A stretch of DNA of 64,000 nucleotides. It comes from Macrostomum lignano (Eukaryota). Both the position numbers and the translations under genes were made by a program. The notes beneath the pieces are model-generated. The model worked only from the letters and a program-made list of their open reading frames with translations, did no database searches and had not been told where the DNA came from. This document shows positions 29,226 to 40,781 of the stretch, in pieces; position 1 is the first letter of the stretch, and the number at the start of each line of letters is the position of its first letter. The stretch lies in NCBI GenBank assembly GCA_002269645.1, contig NIVC01001651.1:124001-188000 (forward strand), in the 5' to 3' direction.

Positions 29226-32092
29226 TCAGAGGGTAACGATTGCAATTCGCAACTCTTTGGCAGAGTGATAGTCTCCCTTCCCTGGCTTGGGTATGAAGAC
29301 TACCGTAGCCTCTTGCCAGGCTTTTGGCACGTACCCGAGGGTAATGCTGGCCTTGAAGAGGTTGCAGAGGAGGCCGAGAAACCTGTCATTTTTAAGTGCC
29401 TCATGGAGGAAGGCAGGATAAATGTTGTCAGGTCCCGGTGACTTGAAAGGAGAGAAGGATTTTGCGGCGCGAGCCGTCCTCTCTCTAGTAATGATGGTCG
29501 AAGCCAGGATCTGTCCGCCCGGAGAGTGGTCCAGTGGGCCTAGCTGCGGTGCGGCACGTGAGAAAGAGCTGGTGAGCATGATGTCCAGTGATTCCCCAGG
29601 GTTATCAGCGAGCCGGCCGTCGGGTCTTTTAATGACTGAGAGCTTTGACATTTTGTCGAAGGTGAGAGCCTTAACCACGCGTGAAGTAGGGCGGGTGCCT
29701 TCCAACTCCGCGCAGTGTTGGCACCATTTGTCGGACTTGGCTTTCCTGGTTTCACGCTTAAAGTCGCGGATCGCTTCTTGGTAGGCGGCCAGATCAGCTG
29801 GGTCCTTGCTCTTGCGAACTTTCCGTTAGAGGCACTTTGCCTTGCGCCGGAGGGATCCAAGCGCCGGGTGCCACCAGGGGGCGGATTTTTTGCCTTTGTA
29901 GGCTTTAAGAGGACAGGAAGCCTCATGGGCTGTCAGGACGGTCTTGCTGAGCAAGTCTGCAAGGTCATCCACTTCCTGACAGGTGATTGGAGCGGCGGTA
30001 GAAAGCTGATCTGTCTGGCATTTCAGGGTTTCCGCGAAAGCCGTCCAGTCAGTGTTCCGGACGTTCCATTTCCACAGGATGTGAGGCTTGGGGCAAGAGG
30101 ATTGCAATCGAAAACGAACGAAGCGATGGTCAGACAGAGATTCCTCTTCGTCGCAAACCTCCCAGTCCTTGACTAAAGGAGTCAAGCCATGGGAGACGAG
30201 GGTAACGTCGAGGGCCGCTGCTTTGCTGCTTCTTCGCGCCGAGTCAGACCAGAGCGGATAGTGTTCCGGGTGGGTTTCCGGCCCTTTCCACGTCCGCCTG
30301 TTGCTGCAGCTTTCGCGGCTTTCCCTCTGACAGGGTCCACGTCCTCGGAGGGGTCGTGACGACCGGGAGCTTCTTTTCTTGGGCGTTTCCGCCCGGAAGA
30401 GCCCCCGCTAGCCCGCTTATGCTTCTCAGGGGCGGTGGATGGGTGGCGTCAGACTCAAAGCTAAAGAGCTGAATCCGCGTCAGCCCGACAGAGATGATGG
30501 ACAAGTCCGGATAGCGGAGCATCCAGCTATCCGACAGTCCAAGAATAGCCGTGAAACCATCTCCGCCCGGCTTGGAGATGGTCTCGTGAACTACGAAACC
30601 GTTCGCCGTTAGCTCCAGGTTGGTAGCCACTAGCAGGTGACGCAGCTCGTCGGCCTGGTGATGCAGCTGCGAGCTGGGATCCAGGCACGGTGCCGGTGTG
30701 TCTGGGGTCGTTCATCCTCCCTGTAGATAAACAGGTTTTCCAGCTCCGTGCCCTAGTCGAAGATTTTCAGCAGCTCGAGGAGCTGCTGTCCTGACTGGCT
30801 GTCGGCGGGCTGGATATGGAGGGCTTGGTCCTCGACTTTCGTCTTTTGGACTGGAATAGCGGTACCGCTCAAGGCCCTCTTGACCAGGTGGGAGTCCAAC
30901 CTGCGCCAGATAAGGTCGAGCTGTTCGGCCGTAAGAGGCGTCTCCTGGCCTTGGATAACCAGGGCCGGCTGCCTCTTGGCCATAGCCGCGTAGGTGCATG
31001 CGCTTCGGCTTGGTGGTTTGGCCAGCCCCCTCCCCCCGCTTTGGATCCCTCCACAGCCGTGGGAGCTTCCACACGGGCAGAGGTCCCGCCACGGGAGGGG
31101 CCAGCCGCACCAGGAGCTTCGGCGGCACCTGATGCATCTGACCAGCGCGCGGGGTCCGCCCCCTTGTCGGATGTCGGCTCCTTCGCGGGGTTCGCAGAGT
31201 TACTGGCACCCTCCTCGGGGGTGGCCGGAGGGGCGGCTTTCGCATTCCTCCGTTCCTCCACTTTGCGCTGGAGAAAGGCTTTGTAGCGAGCAATGCTACG
31301 GGCCTTCTTTTTAGAAATCTGAGATCCGCTGTCCTGTTGTCCAGCCACTCCGGTGTTGTCCTGAGCGGTGGCAGCGGCAGACTGAAAGACACCGGAGGTT
31401 CTGGTGTTGAGAATGTCCGGCCGGGGAGCGGTACCAACCTCGGTTGGTGCTCCAGCAGCCTCGGACGTGTTAGATGGAAATGAATACTCCATGAGTCGCT
31501 GAAAGACGAATGGGACTATAGGTGAGAAGCTGCTGGGCCGTAACCCCAAACCCACCAGCCAAGGCAAGGGGTAGCGACCGGGGGGTGGCTTAAGCCCTTA
31601 CCGGCCCGACCGCTAGCAACCGAGAAACTCCCCGGCTAAGAGCCCGGCTTGGAAAAACCAGAGGCTGAACCAAAGGACCATCAGCACGGTACTACACTGG
31701 GCCCTTGAGGGAAGCAGGAGGACTGCCTCCGGAGCCTGCGTACTGGCCGCATACCTGTTAAGGTCAGAGGGTGATAACTGTTCCTCAGAGCCATGGCCAG
31801 AGGTACCTGATACGCATAGGTTCACTTCCGGGCGGAGCCCGTACCCAACTTGGCCAACTGGCCACCAATGGGTTGCCGCCGCCGGAACCCAGTCAGTCCA
31901 GCAGCCCTAGAGCTGCCTTGAACACATGCGGGGCGTGAGCCCCTGGGTCGGCTTGCGAGTCAGCTTGGAGAGAGTTCACCTGCCATTCCTGCACCAGAAT
32001 AGAGGGGGTGCAGGTATGTAGGATCGCAGACCTTAGCTCGTAGGCCTGGTCTGTCTCCTGCTACACAGGCGTGCTGAACCCACCTTGCATGC
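29226..32092 (-). mobile_element. Non-LTR retrotransposon (LOA/R1-like): 5' UTR, ORF1 and partial ORF2, 3'-truncated
   Basis: ORF1 runs from ATG 31492 (frameshifted) to ~30250. ORF2 relic has the endonuclease C-terminus (LDVTLVS..DWEVCDEEESLSDHRFVRF), a linker (PWWHPALGSLRRK) and the RT start (KSPGPDNIYPAFL..WQEATVVFIPKPGK), and ends at 29226. Confidence 0.8.
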
Positions 32093-32618
32093 GGCCAGGA
32101 TCACCAATAACCCAGCCTTCATCGCAGAAATTTCCGCTGATGCTCTGAAATTTGAACGGAAAGTACAGGCTTAGAGTCCTGTCAGTCACCATTAGCAGAA
32201 ACACGGCAGTCGATGTTAGGTGGCACAGGTGCTCAAAGTATTTGGCAAATCTGCACTGCACGTCTCCGTCGTTGCTATTTACATAACCGACGGATCCGTT
32301 GGTTAACCATGGCAAGCCCTTGGCCAAGAACATCCACATGAAGCCGTTCACGATGATGTTGCAGCTGTCTGTGACCGCAATTATGCTGATGTACACATTC
32401 TGTCGAGTCCACGACTGTTTGACCAGGTTGATGTGTACAATTAGAGCGTTGAACACGAGACCGGAGACAACGAAAACAGGCAGAATCAGGCCCGTGATGG
32501 CGCCAAGGACGGTGTTGAAAGTGCAAGTCGCTGTTCGGTTTGGGTCCCCACTTTGACAATCCGAGACTATATAGTCGATAGAGTCCGAAAACATATAGTT
32601 GACAGCGCTTGGTGTCAC

Positions 32619-35600
32619 TGTTGTGAATGTGTGCGAGCAGTGCGAGTGTACTGGACTCTCATGAAGTCTCCAAATAAAGCTCCAGCGACAATTTCAGCCC
32701 ACTGTCAGCGTGTATGCCAAGCGGCATGACTTCCGGAAGTGCGTACAGCGGAGCGGCGAAGGCGTGCACGCATTCGTGGCAAACTTGCGCCATGCCGCCA
32801 GCGACTGTGAGTTCCAGAGCCTTCACGACGCCTTCATCCTGGACCAGCTGATCTTTGGCACTTAATCAGCAAAGGTGCGCGAACGCCTCCCGCTAGAGCA
32901 ATAGCTCACCCTGGACGGAGCAATTAAAATTACCGCCCAGGTGGAAAAAGCTGTCCAGAGTGAGATGTACTTGACCGGCAAGAATGCAGCTGACGACGGC
33001 ATCAGGAAGATCAACGCCAAGAGAGCTCCGATGGGCATCAGAGGCCAGGCAGCGTGACCATCGCAGGAGCCCTGCTGCTCGCACTGCGGTAAGCCGGGCC
33101 ACCGCACAGACAGCGACCCGCGCTCCGCTTCCCGTGGCAAAGCGTGTGAGAAATGCATGAAGCTCAACCACTTCGCGAGTGTGCGCAAGAGCAGCACCAC
33201 GGCACCGTATTCGTCTCGGAAGAAGGTTCAAGGCGTTGTCTTCGACAGCTCCGCAGGGCTCCGCTCAGCAAAGCATCTTCGCCTTCAGCACGGACAAGAA
33301 AGGCGAGTACAAGAGAGCCAGCGTCAGGATCAACGGGTTCAGCATTCCGCTGTTGGTGGACACAGCTGCCAAGGTCTCCATCATCAACATGCAGACCTGC
33401 CGGAAGCTTTTCGGCTCGAAAGTCCCCCTGCGACCGTCTGGGAGACACCTCGTGTCGTACAACGGCTCCAGCATCAGCGTCGCCGGCGAGGTTGACGCCA
33501 CGGTCGAGTTCGACTGCGTCCAGCTCCCATCGTTCACCTTCACCGTCGTCATGGAATCGACCTGATGGACAAGCTGAACTGCAAAGTTCTCGGGCCTTAC
33601 GGACATCAGATTGCTGCGGTCGAGTCCGAGGAGCCTTTGACCACGTCGATGCCCGAATGGATTCCAGCTAAGTCCACGCCCTGGGCACCGGACTTGGTGA
33701 GATCAAAGGGTTCTGCCACCGTCCAAGAGTTGACCCAAATGTGCCGCCCGTAGCTCAGCGTCTGCGCCGACTGCCTCTAGCGCTGCGCCAGGAGTGCGAC
33801 AGCGAGATTCGCCGCTGGGAGGAAGAAGGCATCATCGAGCGAGTCCAACGTCACCTGTGCCCGCAAGGCCGATGGGAAGCTGCGCCTCTGCGTTGATCTG
33901 CGAAAGGTCAGCAAGGCGATCATCCCCGACTCGATGTCACTGCCTACCTTCGCCGATCTCTGACCGAATTCAACAATTCAAAGTTTTTTCTCACGGATCG
34001 ACCTCAACCAGTCGCATCTACAGCTGCCTCTGCACGATGACGCCAATAATCTGACCTGCTTTAACACTGAATCCGTCCTCTACCGATTCAGACGGATGCC
34101 GTTCGGCATCAGCTCGGCTCCGGCGGCCTTCCAGAAGGTCGTCGGCAAGATCCTCCAAGGCATCAGAGGCGTTGTTCACTATCAAGACGACATTGCCGTT
34201 CACGCCGCTACGGAAGCCGAGCACGAAAGTCGCGTACTTTAGGTACTAGACAAGCTGCTGCAGCATCCGGTAAGCGTCAACCTCAAGAAGTGCATATTCA
34301 AGGCGTCGGAGATCGAGTTCGACGGACACCGCGTCAGCGCAGCGGGAATTCAACCCTTTCAGTCGCACACCGAGTCCGTATCAAAACTCAAGGCACCCAC
34401 CAATACGTCAGAGTTAGCTTCATTCCTCGGCTTTGCAAAGTTCTTCGAGTTCTACATCAAGAACCTGTCTCACGTCGCCGGGTCGCTGACAGTGCTCCTG
34501 CGCAAGGACGCGCCATGGAACTGGGACGCAAAATGCGAGGCAGCCTTCAGCGAAATGAAGCGGCTCATCTCATCAGCACCATGCCTGAAGTTCTTCGACC
34601 AAGATCACGAGACCATCGTCTCCTGCGATAGCAGCGACGTCGCCCTGGCGCAAACCTGAGCCAAGTCGACGATCATGGACAGCTGCGGCCAGTAGCCTTC
34701 GCCTCGCAAGCCCTGTCCGACACTGAGCGCCGCTACTCTGCGTCAGAGAAGGAGGCCTTGGCCTGCGTCTGGAGCTGCGAGCATTGGCACCTGCTGCTGT
34801 ACGGTCGCAAGTTCAAGCTTCTCACCGACCATCAAGCGCTGACGACCCTGCTGTCACCTCGAGGATTCGGCCAACGACCTCTTCGACTTCAGCGCTGGTG
34901 CGAGCGACTCTTTGTCTACGACTTCAACATCGAGTACGTCCCCGGCAAGCTCAACGTCCAGCCCGACTTTCTGTCTCGCTACGGCTACGACGGCAAGAGC
35001 GCAGCCAACGAGTCCAACGAACAGCACCAGAGCGAGTCCGACATCAACCTGGTGCTGGCCAGAAGCAGTCACTCAACTGGCCGATGCAACCAAGTGCGAC
35101 AACCAACTGCAGCGAGTCATTGGGTTCCTCATCAACGGATGGCCAACCGAGGCCCTAGCCGACTTGAAGGGCTTCAACCAGGTGCACCACGAGCTCTTCC
35201 TGCGAAACGATGGTTGCTGCCCGGCGAAAGGCAGCCGCGCCGTCATCCCGACTGAGCTCCGCGACCTTGTGCTGGCAGAGGCGCATCAAGGACATCTCAG
35301 TGTCGCCAAGGTCAAGGCGCGGTGCCTCGATACAGTCTGGTGGCCGCGCATCGACAGCGACGTGGAGGCCTTCGTGCAGAACTGCAGCGCCTGCGTCCTG
35401 TCCGAGAAGGAGCTCAAGCCGATCAAGGTCCCATGGTCAGCGACGGAGCTACCGGTGGGTCCATGGCGGCAGCTGCAAGTCGATATCGTCGAAGAGCTGC
35501 CGGAAGCCGATGTGCAGTCCCATCGATTTTTCATCGTAGTCCACGATCTCTACTCCAAGTGGCCTGAGATTATCGCATCTTCATCCGTGACTTCCGCTGC

Positions 35601-36510
35601 CTGTATCGAAGCCCTTCGCAGCCTGTTCGTTCGCTGGGTGCTTCCAGACGAAATTACCATGGACAACGGACCTCAGTTTGTGTCAACCGAGTTCACGGAC
35701 TTCCTCAGCTCGCTCGGCATCAAGCACCGTCGCACTCCGTTCTACTGCCCACAGCAGAATGGCGGAGTCGAGAGGTTCAACGCCTCTCGATCATCTTTAA
35801 CCAGCAAGCACCGAGTCAACGACGGACAAGGAGCTGCGGCGCAGCGTCATGGAGCGACAGCAGCAGGCCAAGAGCCACCGCTGGATGCGCAAGCCGAACC
35901 AGCCGCTGAAAGACGCAGCGCTGACTATCAGGAGCTGCGTCCGCGTCCGCCGGCCGAGGCGCGGAAAGCTCAGCAGCGGCGTCTCCGAGTCACAGACAGT
36001 TGTCAGTCACGAGGGCAACACAATCACTCTGACCAATGGCAGCCGCTGGCACATCAGCCGCTGCATCCTGGATGACCATCACGGCTGGGGTGATGGGGCT
36101 GACAATACCGAGGTTCCGCAACCGGACGGTGGGCAACCAGAGGCGACGCCAACGCCACCGCTGCGCCGTTCTGAGAGACTTCGCGCACCGCCTCAATTCG
36201 TTTGACGTTGTGACTCTGACTTGACTAACTGACTGCTCATGTACAGAAAACTGTTCCATTGACATTGCTTGCTTTAATGCGTCGGCTTATCCCACCCGTA
36301 AGCCGTTGAACCTCTTTGCAAGGGGGTGATGTTGTGAATGTGCATGCTCAATGATATTATGTAATGTATGCACACTGATGTACATCTAGCTCGTATCAGT
36401 CAGAATATTTATAAATATATTGACTAGCTCACTAGCTGAGAGCTACCTCTCCTCTCCTCTCCTTCGTCTCAAGTGAAGTGATTTTATTCATTTGGCCAGC
36501 GGCCACAACA
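32619..36510 (+). mobile_element. Ty3/Gypsy LTR retrotransposon, degenerate, 5' LTR almost entirely deleted
   Basis: TG...CA termini and 5-bp TSD GTCAC/GTCGC. Gag with CCHC knuckles, protease LLVDTAA, RT YQDD (34180), RNase H (EKEALA..TDHQAL) and integrase (HQGH..WWPRID..CSAC, DNGPQF, NGGVERFN). Many stops and frameshifts. Confidence 0.93.
36330..36510 (+). repeat. 3' LTR of the Gypsy element (181 bp)
   Basis: Follows the polypurine tract GCAAGGGGGTGA. Starts TGTTGTGAATGTG (identical to 32619-32631) and ends CAACA. Confidence 0.85.
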
Positions 36511-38769
36511 GTCGCGTTACTCATGACTGCTTCGAGCAAGAATTAGCAGAGCTTGTGGCACATTCATTCATTCGAAAAGAATGTGGTAGTGGTCGTACTT
36601 CTACTCTCCGTAAAATCTCACTAGTGCCACCAGCTGTTTTAGGGGTGCTGCTTCTCCCTCTATAAATATCCGAAAAAGATGCCACCAATGTTGTCCTATG
36701 GCTCTTAATATTCCCATTACTTATGTACTTTATTGATATTTCATCTATTACTGGTAGCGTGTACACTTCTTTATTGGTCTACTGGCACTAAAACCTACTT
36801 CTATACTTCTATTCTACTCCTATAAAGGGTTCTTCTCTCAGTCCTGGGCGTTCCCGGGATCAGAGGGTCACAGCTCAATTGCTGGCTATTCTACCCTGAG
36901 GTGGGTCTCTCAGACTCTAAGTCTTGTTTATTCTACCTTTTGGTAGGTATTCTGCCTTCTAGGGCGATTTCCCAGATTCTAAATCTGGAAGTCCTCGTTC
37001 TCTAAGAATGGATTGAATTCTCCAAATTCTGGGGTGGTTTCTAAATCGCTATCTACTACTCAAAAATAAGTAACGCGAGAAAAAATCCTGAGCCTGATTG
37101 ATTTTGTCTCCAAATAGAGTGACTGGAGCAAATGAAACAATGCTTTAAGCGAGTCGAACGAAGGAAAGAGGGTGGTTTCGGTTTTGTTGGGCCTTCGGTT
37201 GGCTTCCTTTTATAGAGACAATTTCCCTACTTATTTAAAACAAACGGTGATACACATAATATATAAAATATATAAAATATAGGAATCATCGCCCCAAGAA
37301 TGGTAACCCGCCCAATTTTCGCGTGCTAATGGTGCGTGCAACACTGGGAGATTTCCGTTCGCCAGCTTACATTTTTTACGTATCCGGATCAGTCTTCTTA
37401 ACTCGATGAAAGCTGAGTGGTTCGAGCAAAACTGCCAGATATTTCAACGCGTCTTTGGTTCAATCTATGTCAAATTATATCAAATTATCAGTAGTTCCTT
37501 TTTGGAATTTTTGACTTCAAAACCGGTAGCAAATCGGGAAGAATCTCCTTGAGAATGAGAAAAAAAACTGATTGGCGTCAGCTCCACGAGTGCTTACAAA
37601 ATTTGATTGGGATTTTTGTTGAGTTTTCGCGATGCCGATTTTTGAAGTCCAGGAAGTGAGTTTTAAAGTTAGGAGTTGTGAGAAAGAGAAAGGCCCAGCA
37701 TACTGTTCTGTTCACAGTCGTCTTCATTTTGCTCATACGTGTATGACTTACCCTTTGTAACCCTCGGAGCAGAAGCAGAGTGAAGCAGAGTGCTACTAAC
37801 TAGGCTAAAGTCATGCAGATCTGAAAACATTCAATCTGGAGTAGGAAAGTATATATTTATACAGGAGCTGGTTTCCATTGAAGCAGTTTTCTGTGCCATG
37901 CTTCATTTTCTAGGCCATATTTTAAGTATATTTTTTAGCAAAATATACTTAAAAATTATTCACAGAGAGTTAATTGTCAGTTTCTGCCAATTTAACATCG
38001 AGTAGCTCGACCTGGCAGCGACCCCGCAGTCCTGGGCCATTCCAGTTTATCGCGTATATCATGTCAGGCGTCATGCACTGATTGATCATGCGAAGCATGG
38101 GGTTGTACAGCGTGTCACAGCGGAATCCGGATCAATGAAGTCTGCTATGTTCGAACTACTCGATGTTAAATGCTGGAGTTCTGAATTTAAATTTGTCTTC
38201 TGAACATCTTAAAATACCTCTACAACCAATTTTTTAAAAATCCGTTTGTGGAAAGCAAGAAGTGTAACTTTAAAACGGCCTTTAAATACTTTCTTAACGG
38301 TTTTGAAGTACAGCGTCCTAATAGTTAAATACACAGCGTTTAAACAAATTTGCTTTTTTATTATTCTCACAGGAAATATGAGTGAGGGAGCGTCTAACGC
38401 ATTCGCTTCCTCTATAAACTTGACTGTTTGTCACATTCTCAACAGCCAACACTCCCGCAGACGATAGACGATAGACGATAGCGATTGATCCAATGATGCA
38501 TTGATATCAAAATCTTCTGTGTCCTCCCGAGTAAATGGAAGACAATGCTATCTGAAGTAGACTGTCACCTGTTGCATGTAGGTTGATGGAGAGCGCTTTC
38601 ACGTGACTGCGAGGGCTATATTTAAAAGCTCGGTAAGAAAACAGAAAATTCAGGGAACGGTCAAAATGCTGCAGGTCGGCGGCGATTAAAACTCATTTTT
38701 TCCTTTCATTTATCTCGGAGGCTGAATCCATGCAGTTTAATGCCGTGACTGTGTTCGATTTTCGCTAAT

Positions 38770-38960
38770 TTCCGCTAAAAGCATCGAACCACTCAGCTTT
38801 TATCGAGTTAAGACTGTTGAACTGAACATGTAAAACAAAAAGCCGGCAAACGGAAATCGCCCATTCAATCACCATTGGCACGCAAAAATTGGGCGGGGCT
38901 ACAGCTGGGGGTGATGAAAACAGCGCTATTTAAACCCACGAAGCTGCCGTTTTCAATTGC
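38770..38960 (+). promoter_or_regulatory. Conserved upstream module of GPCR copy 3
   Basis: ATTGG at 38874 and 38888, GGGCGGGG at 38891, TATTTAAA at 38927. Inverted homolog of 21330-21530. Confidence 0.55.
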
Positions 38961-39080
38961 ATTGTGAAGTGCTGGTTTAGCAAGCAACCAACTAGAGCTT
39001 CATCGTTCAACGCTATTGCTATCTTATTCTCTAAGGACCGAACGCATCGCAAGTTCTGTTAATCCTTGCTCAAAGTAGTC

Positions 39081-40169
39081 ATGAGTAACGCGTCAAGCGC
39101 TGTCAACTATATTTTTGTGGACTCTGTCGACTATATAGTGTTGGATTGTCAAAGTGGGGACCCGAACAGAACAGCGACTTGCACTGTCAACACCGTCCTT
39201 GGCGCCATCACGGGCCTGATTCTGCCTGTTTTCATTGTCTCCGGTCTCGTGTTCAACGCTCTCATAGTGTACATCAACCTGGTCAAACAGTCGTGGACTC
39301 GACAGAATGTGTACATCAGCATAATTGCGGTCACCGACAGCTGCAACATCATCGTGAACGGCTTCATGTGGATGTTCTTGGCCAAGGGTCTGCCCTGGTT
39401 AACCAACGGATCCGTCGGTTATGTACATCTTAACGACGGAGACGTGCAGTGTAGATTTGCCAAATATTTTGAGCACCTGTGCCACCTAACATCGACTGCA
39501 ATGTTTCTGCTAATGGTTACCGACAGGACTCTAAGCCTGTACTTTCCATTTAAATTTCATAGCATCAGCGGAAAGGCTGCGATGAAGGCCGGGTTATTAG
39601 TGATCCTGGCCTGTATGGTTGTCACCCTTCCCATCGCCTTCATTTTTCATTGGTTGATTTTTGATATCTACGTAGTCTGCTACTTCAGCTTCCACTAAAT
39701 GTTACCATGGCAACACACCGTTCTGTACTACTATTCGGCTTTGCTTTACTACCCACCGGCCCTTTTACTGACGGTTATTTTCATTGAGAACTGCTTCCTG
39801 ATTCACAAGGTACGAGAGATCACCGCCAATAGAAAGAGGCTGGGCTCTGCTAAGGAATCTGATGACGGGCTAGTAAACACAGTGATCTGCCTCGCTCTGT
39901 CGGCCTGTCTGCTTTTGTCTGCCTCGCTGACCTTCTTTGCCCGAACCAGTGAGTACGTTCTAACGCTGCTTTTTGGCGAAATCGAGAATGAAACCTCCAT
40001 CGTGTTGTGGGGAATTCACGATATCGGCATCTCGACCATCATCATTGGCCAGTCCACCAACTGGATCCTGCTGGTGTGGAAAAATGCCAAGTTCCGTCGG
40101 CTTCTCTTGGAGACGGTAAAATTCTGGAAGCCGGTGGATCAGAAGACGGCTACCACCTCCACATATTGA
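39081..40169 (+). pseudogene. GPCR copy 3, full length with one in-frame premature stop
   Basis: ORFs 39066-39698 and 39699-40169 are in the same frame. The TAA at 39696-39698 aligns with GAA (Glu) of copy 1; otherwise colinear with copy 1. Confidence 0.88.
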
Positions 40170-40599
40170 ATTTAATTCTTTCAAAATGAGAGAACTAAAG
40201 GAGATAAACTCCATGACATCTAGCAAAACTATTATTTTAACTGTGACTTTTAACTCGAAGCATAAAGTTTTTTTAATACGCTACTTAATAAAGATTCGAA
40301 ACGGATGAAGAAATAAAAGAGAACTAAAAAATCGCTTTCGGATCGAAGACGCGCATATTCGGAAAATTTTGTATTCATAAATTTGTTATCGGTGAATATC
40401 GATAATGCGTGTCTTTTTACACATTTTTATAACTATAACAATAAATCAGACTGGATGCACCTCTGAATTTCATATCAAATGCACAAGGCTCTTCAACTGG
40501 TTGGCGCCTTTGTCTGGTGAGCCTACGGACATTAAATTTTAGTCTACCGTATGTTGGCTGAAAGCTTGGCCACAAAAATAGGCTCGTTTGTACACTTTT

Positions 40600-40770
40600 G
40601 CGCCACACAGATGTAACGATTAGCGCCACAGAAGCTATATAGTTTGGCGCCATTGACCTTCGATTTTGGCGCCACTGACCATCTATCTTGGCGCCACTGA
40701 CTATCAATTTTGGCGCCATTGACCATCAATTTTGGCGCAACTGACCATCGTTCTTGGCGAAAATCAAATG
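40600..40770. repeat. ~21-bp degenerate tandem repeat (TTTGGCGCCATTGACCATCAA)
   Basis: About 7-8 copies of the TTGGCGC core. Confidence 0.8.
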
Positions 40771-40781
40771 CGCATTAACAT

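Larger units (their letters stand above)
32093..36524 (-). pseudogene. GPCR copy 2, disrupted
   Basis: The ATG at 36524 (MSNA) is separated from TPSAVNY.. (32618) by the Gypsy insertion. Homology to copy 1 continues to ~32093 (TM4), with a frameshift near 32127, and then stops at the LINE 5' end. The C-terminal half is not found in the window. Confidence 0.88.

Noticed and set aside
39696-39698. Reassigned genetic code (stop codons read as sense) to explain in-frame TAA/TAG here and at 28733 and 29027
   Set aside because: The intact genes have no internal stops and end on TAA and TGA normally; point mutations or consensus errors are sufficient.
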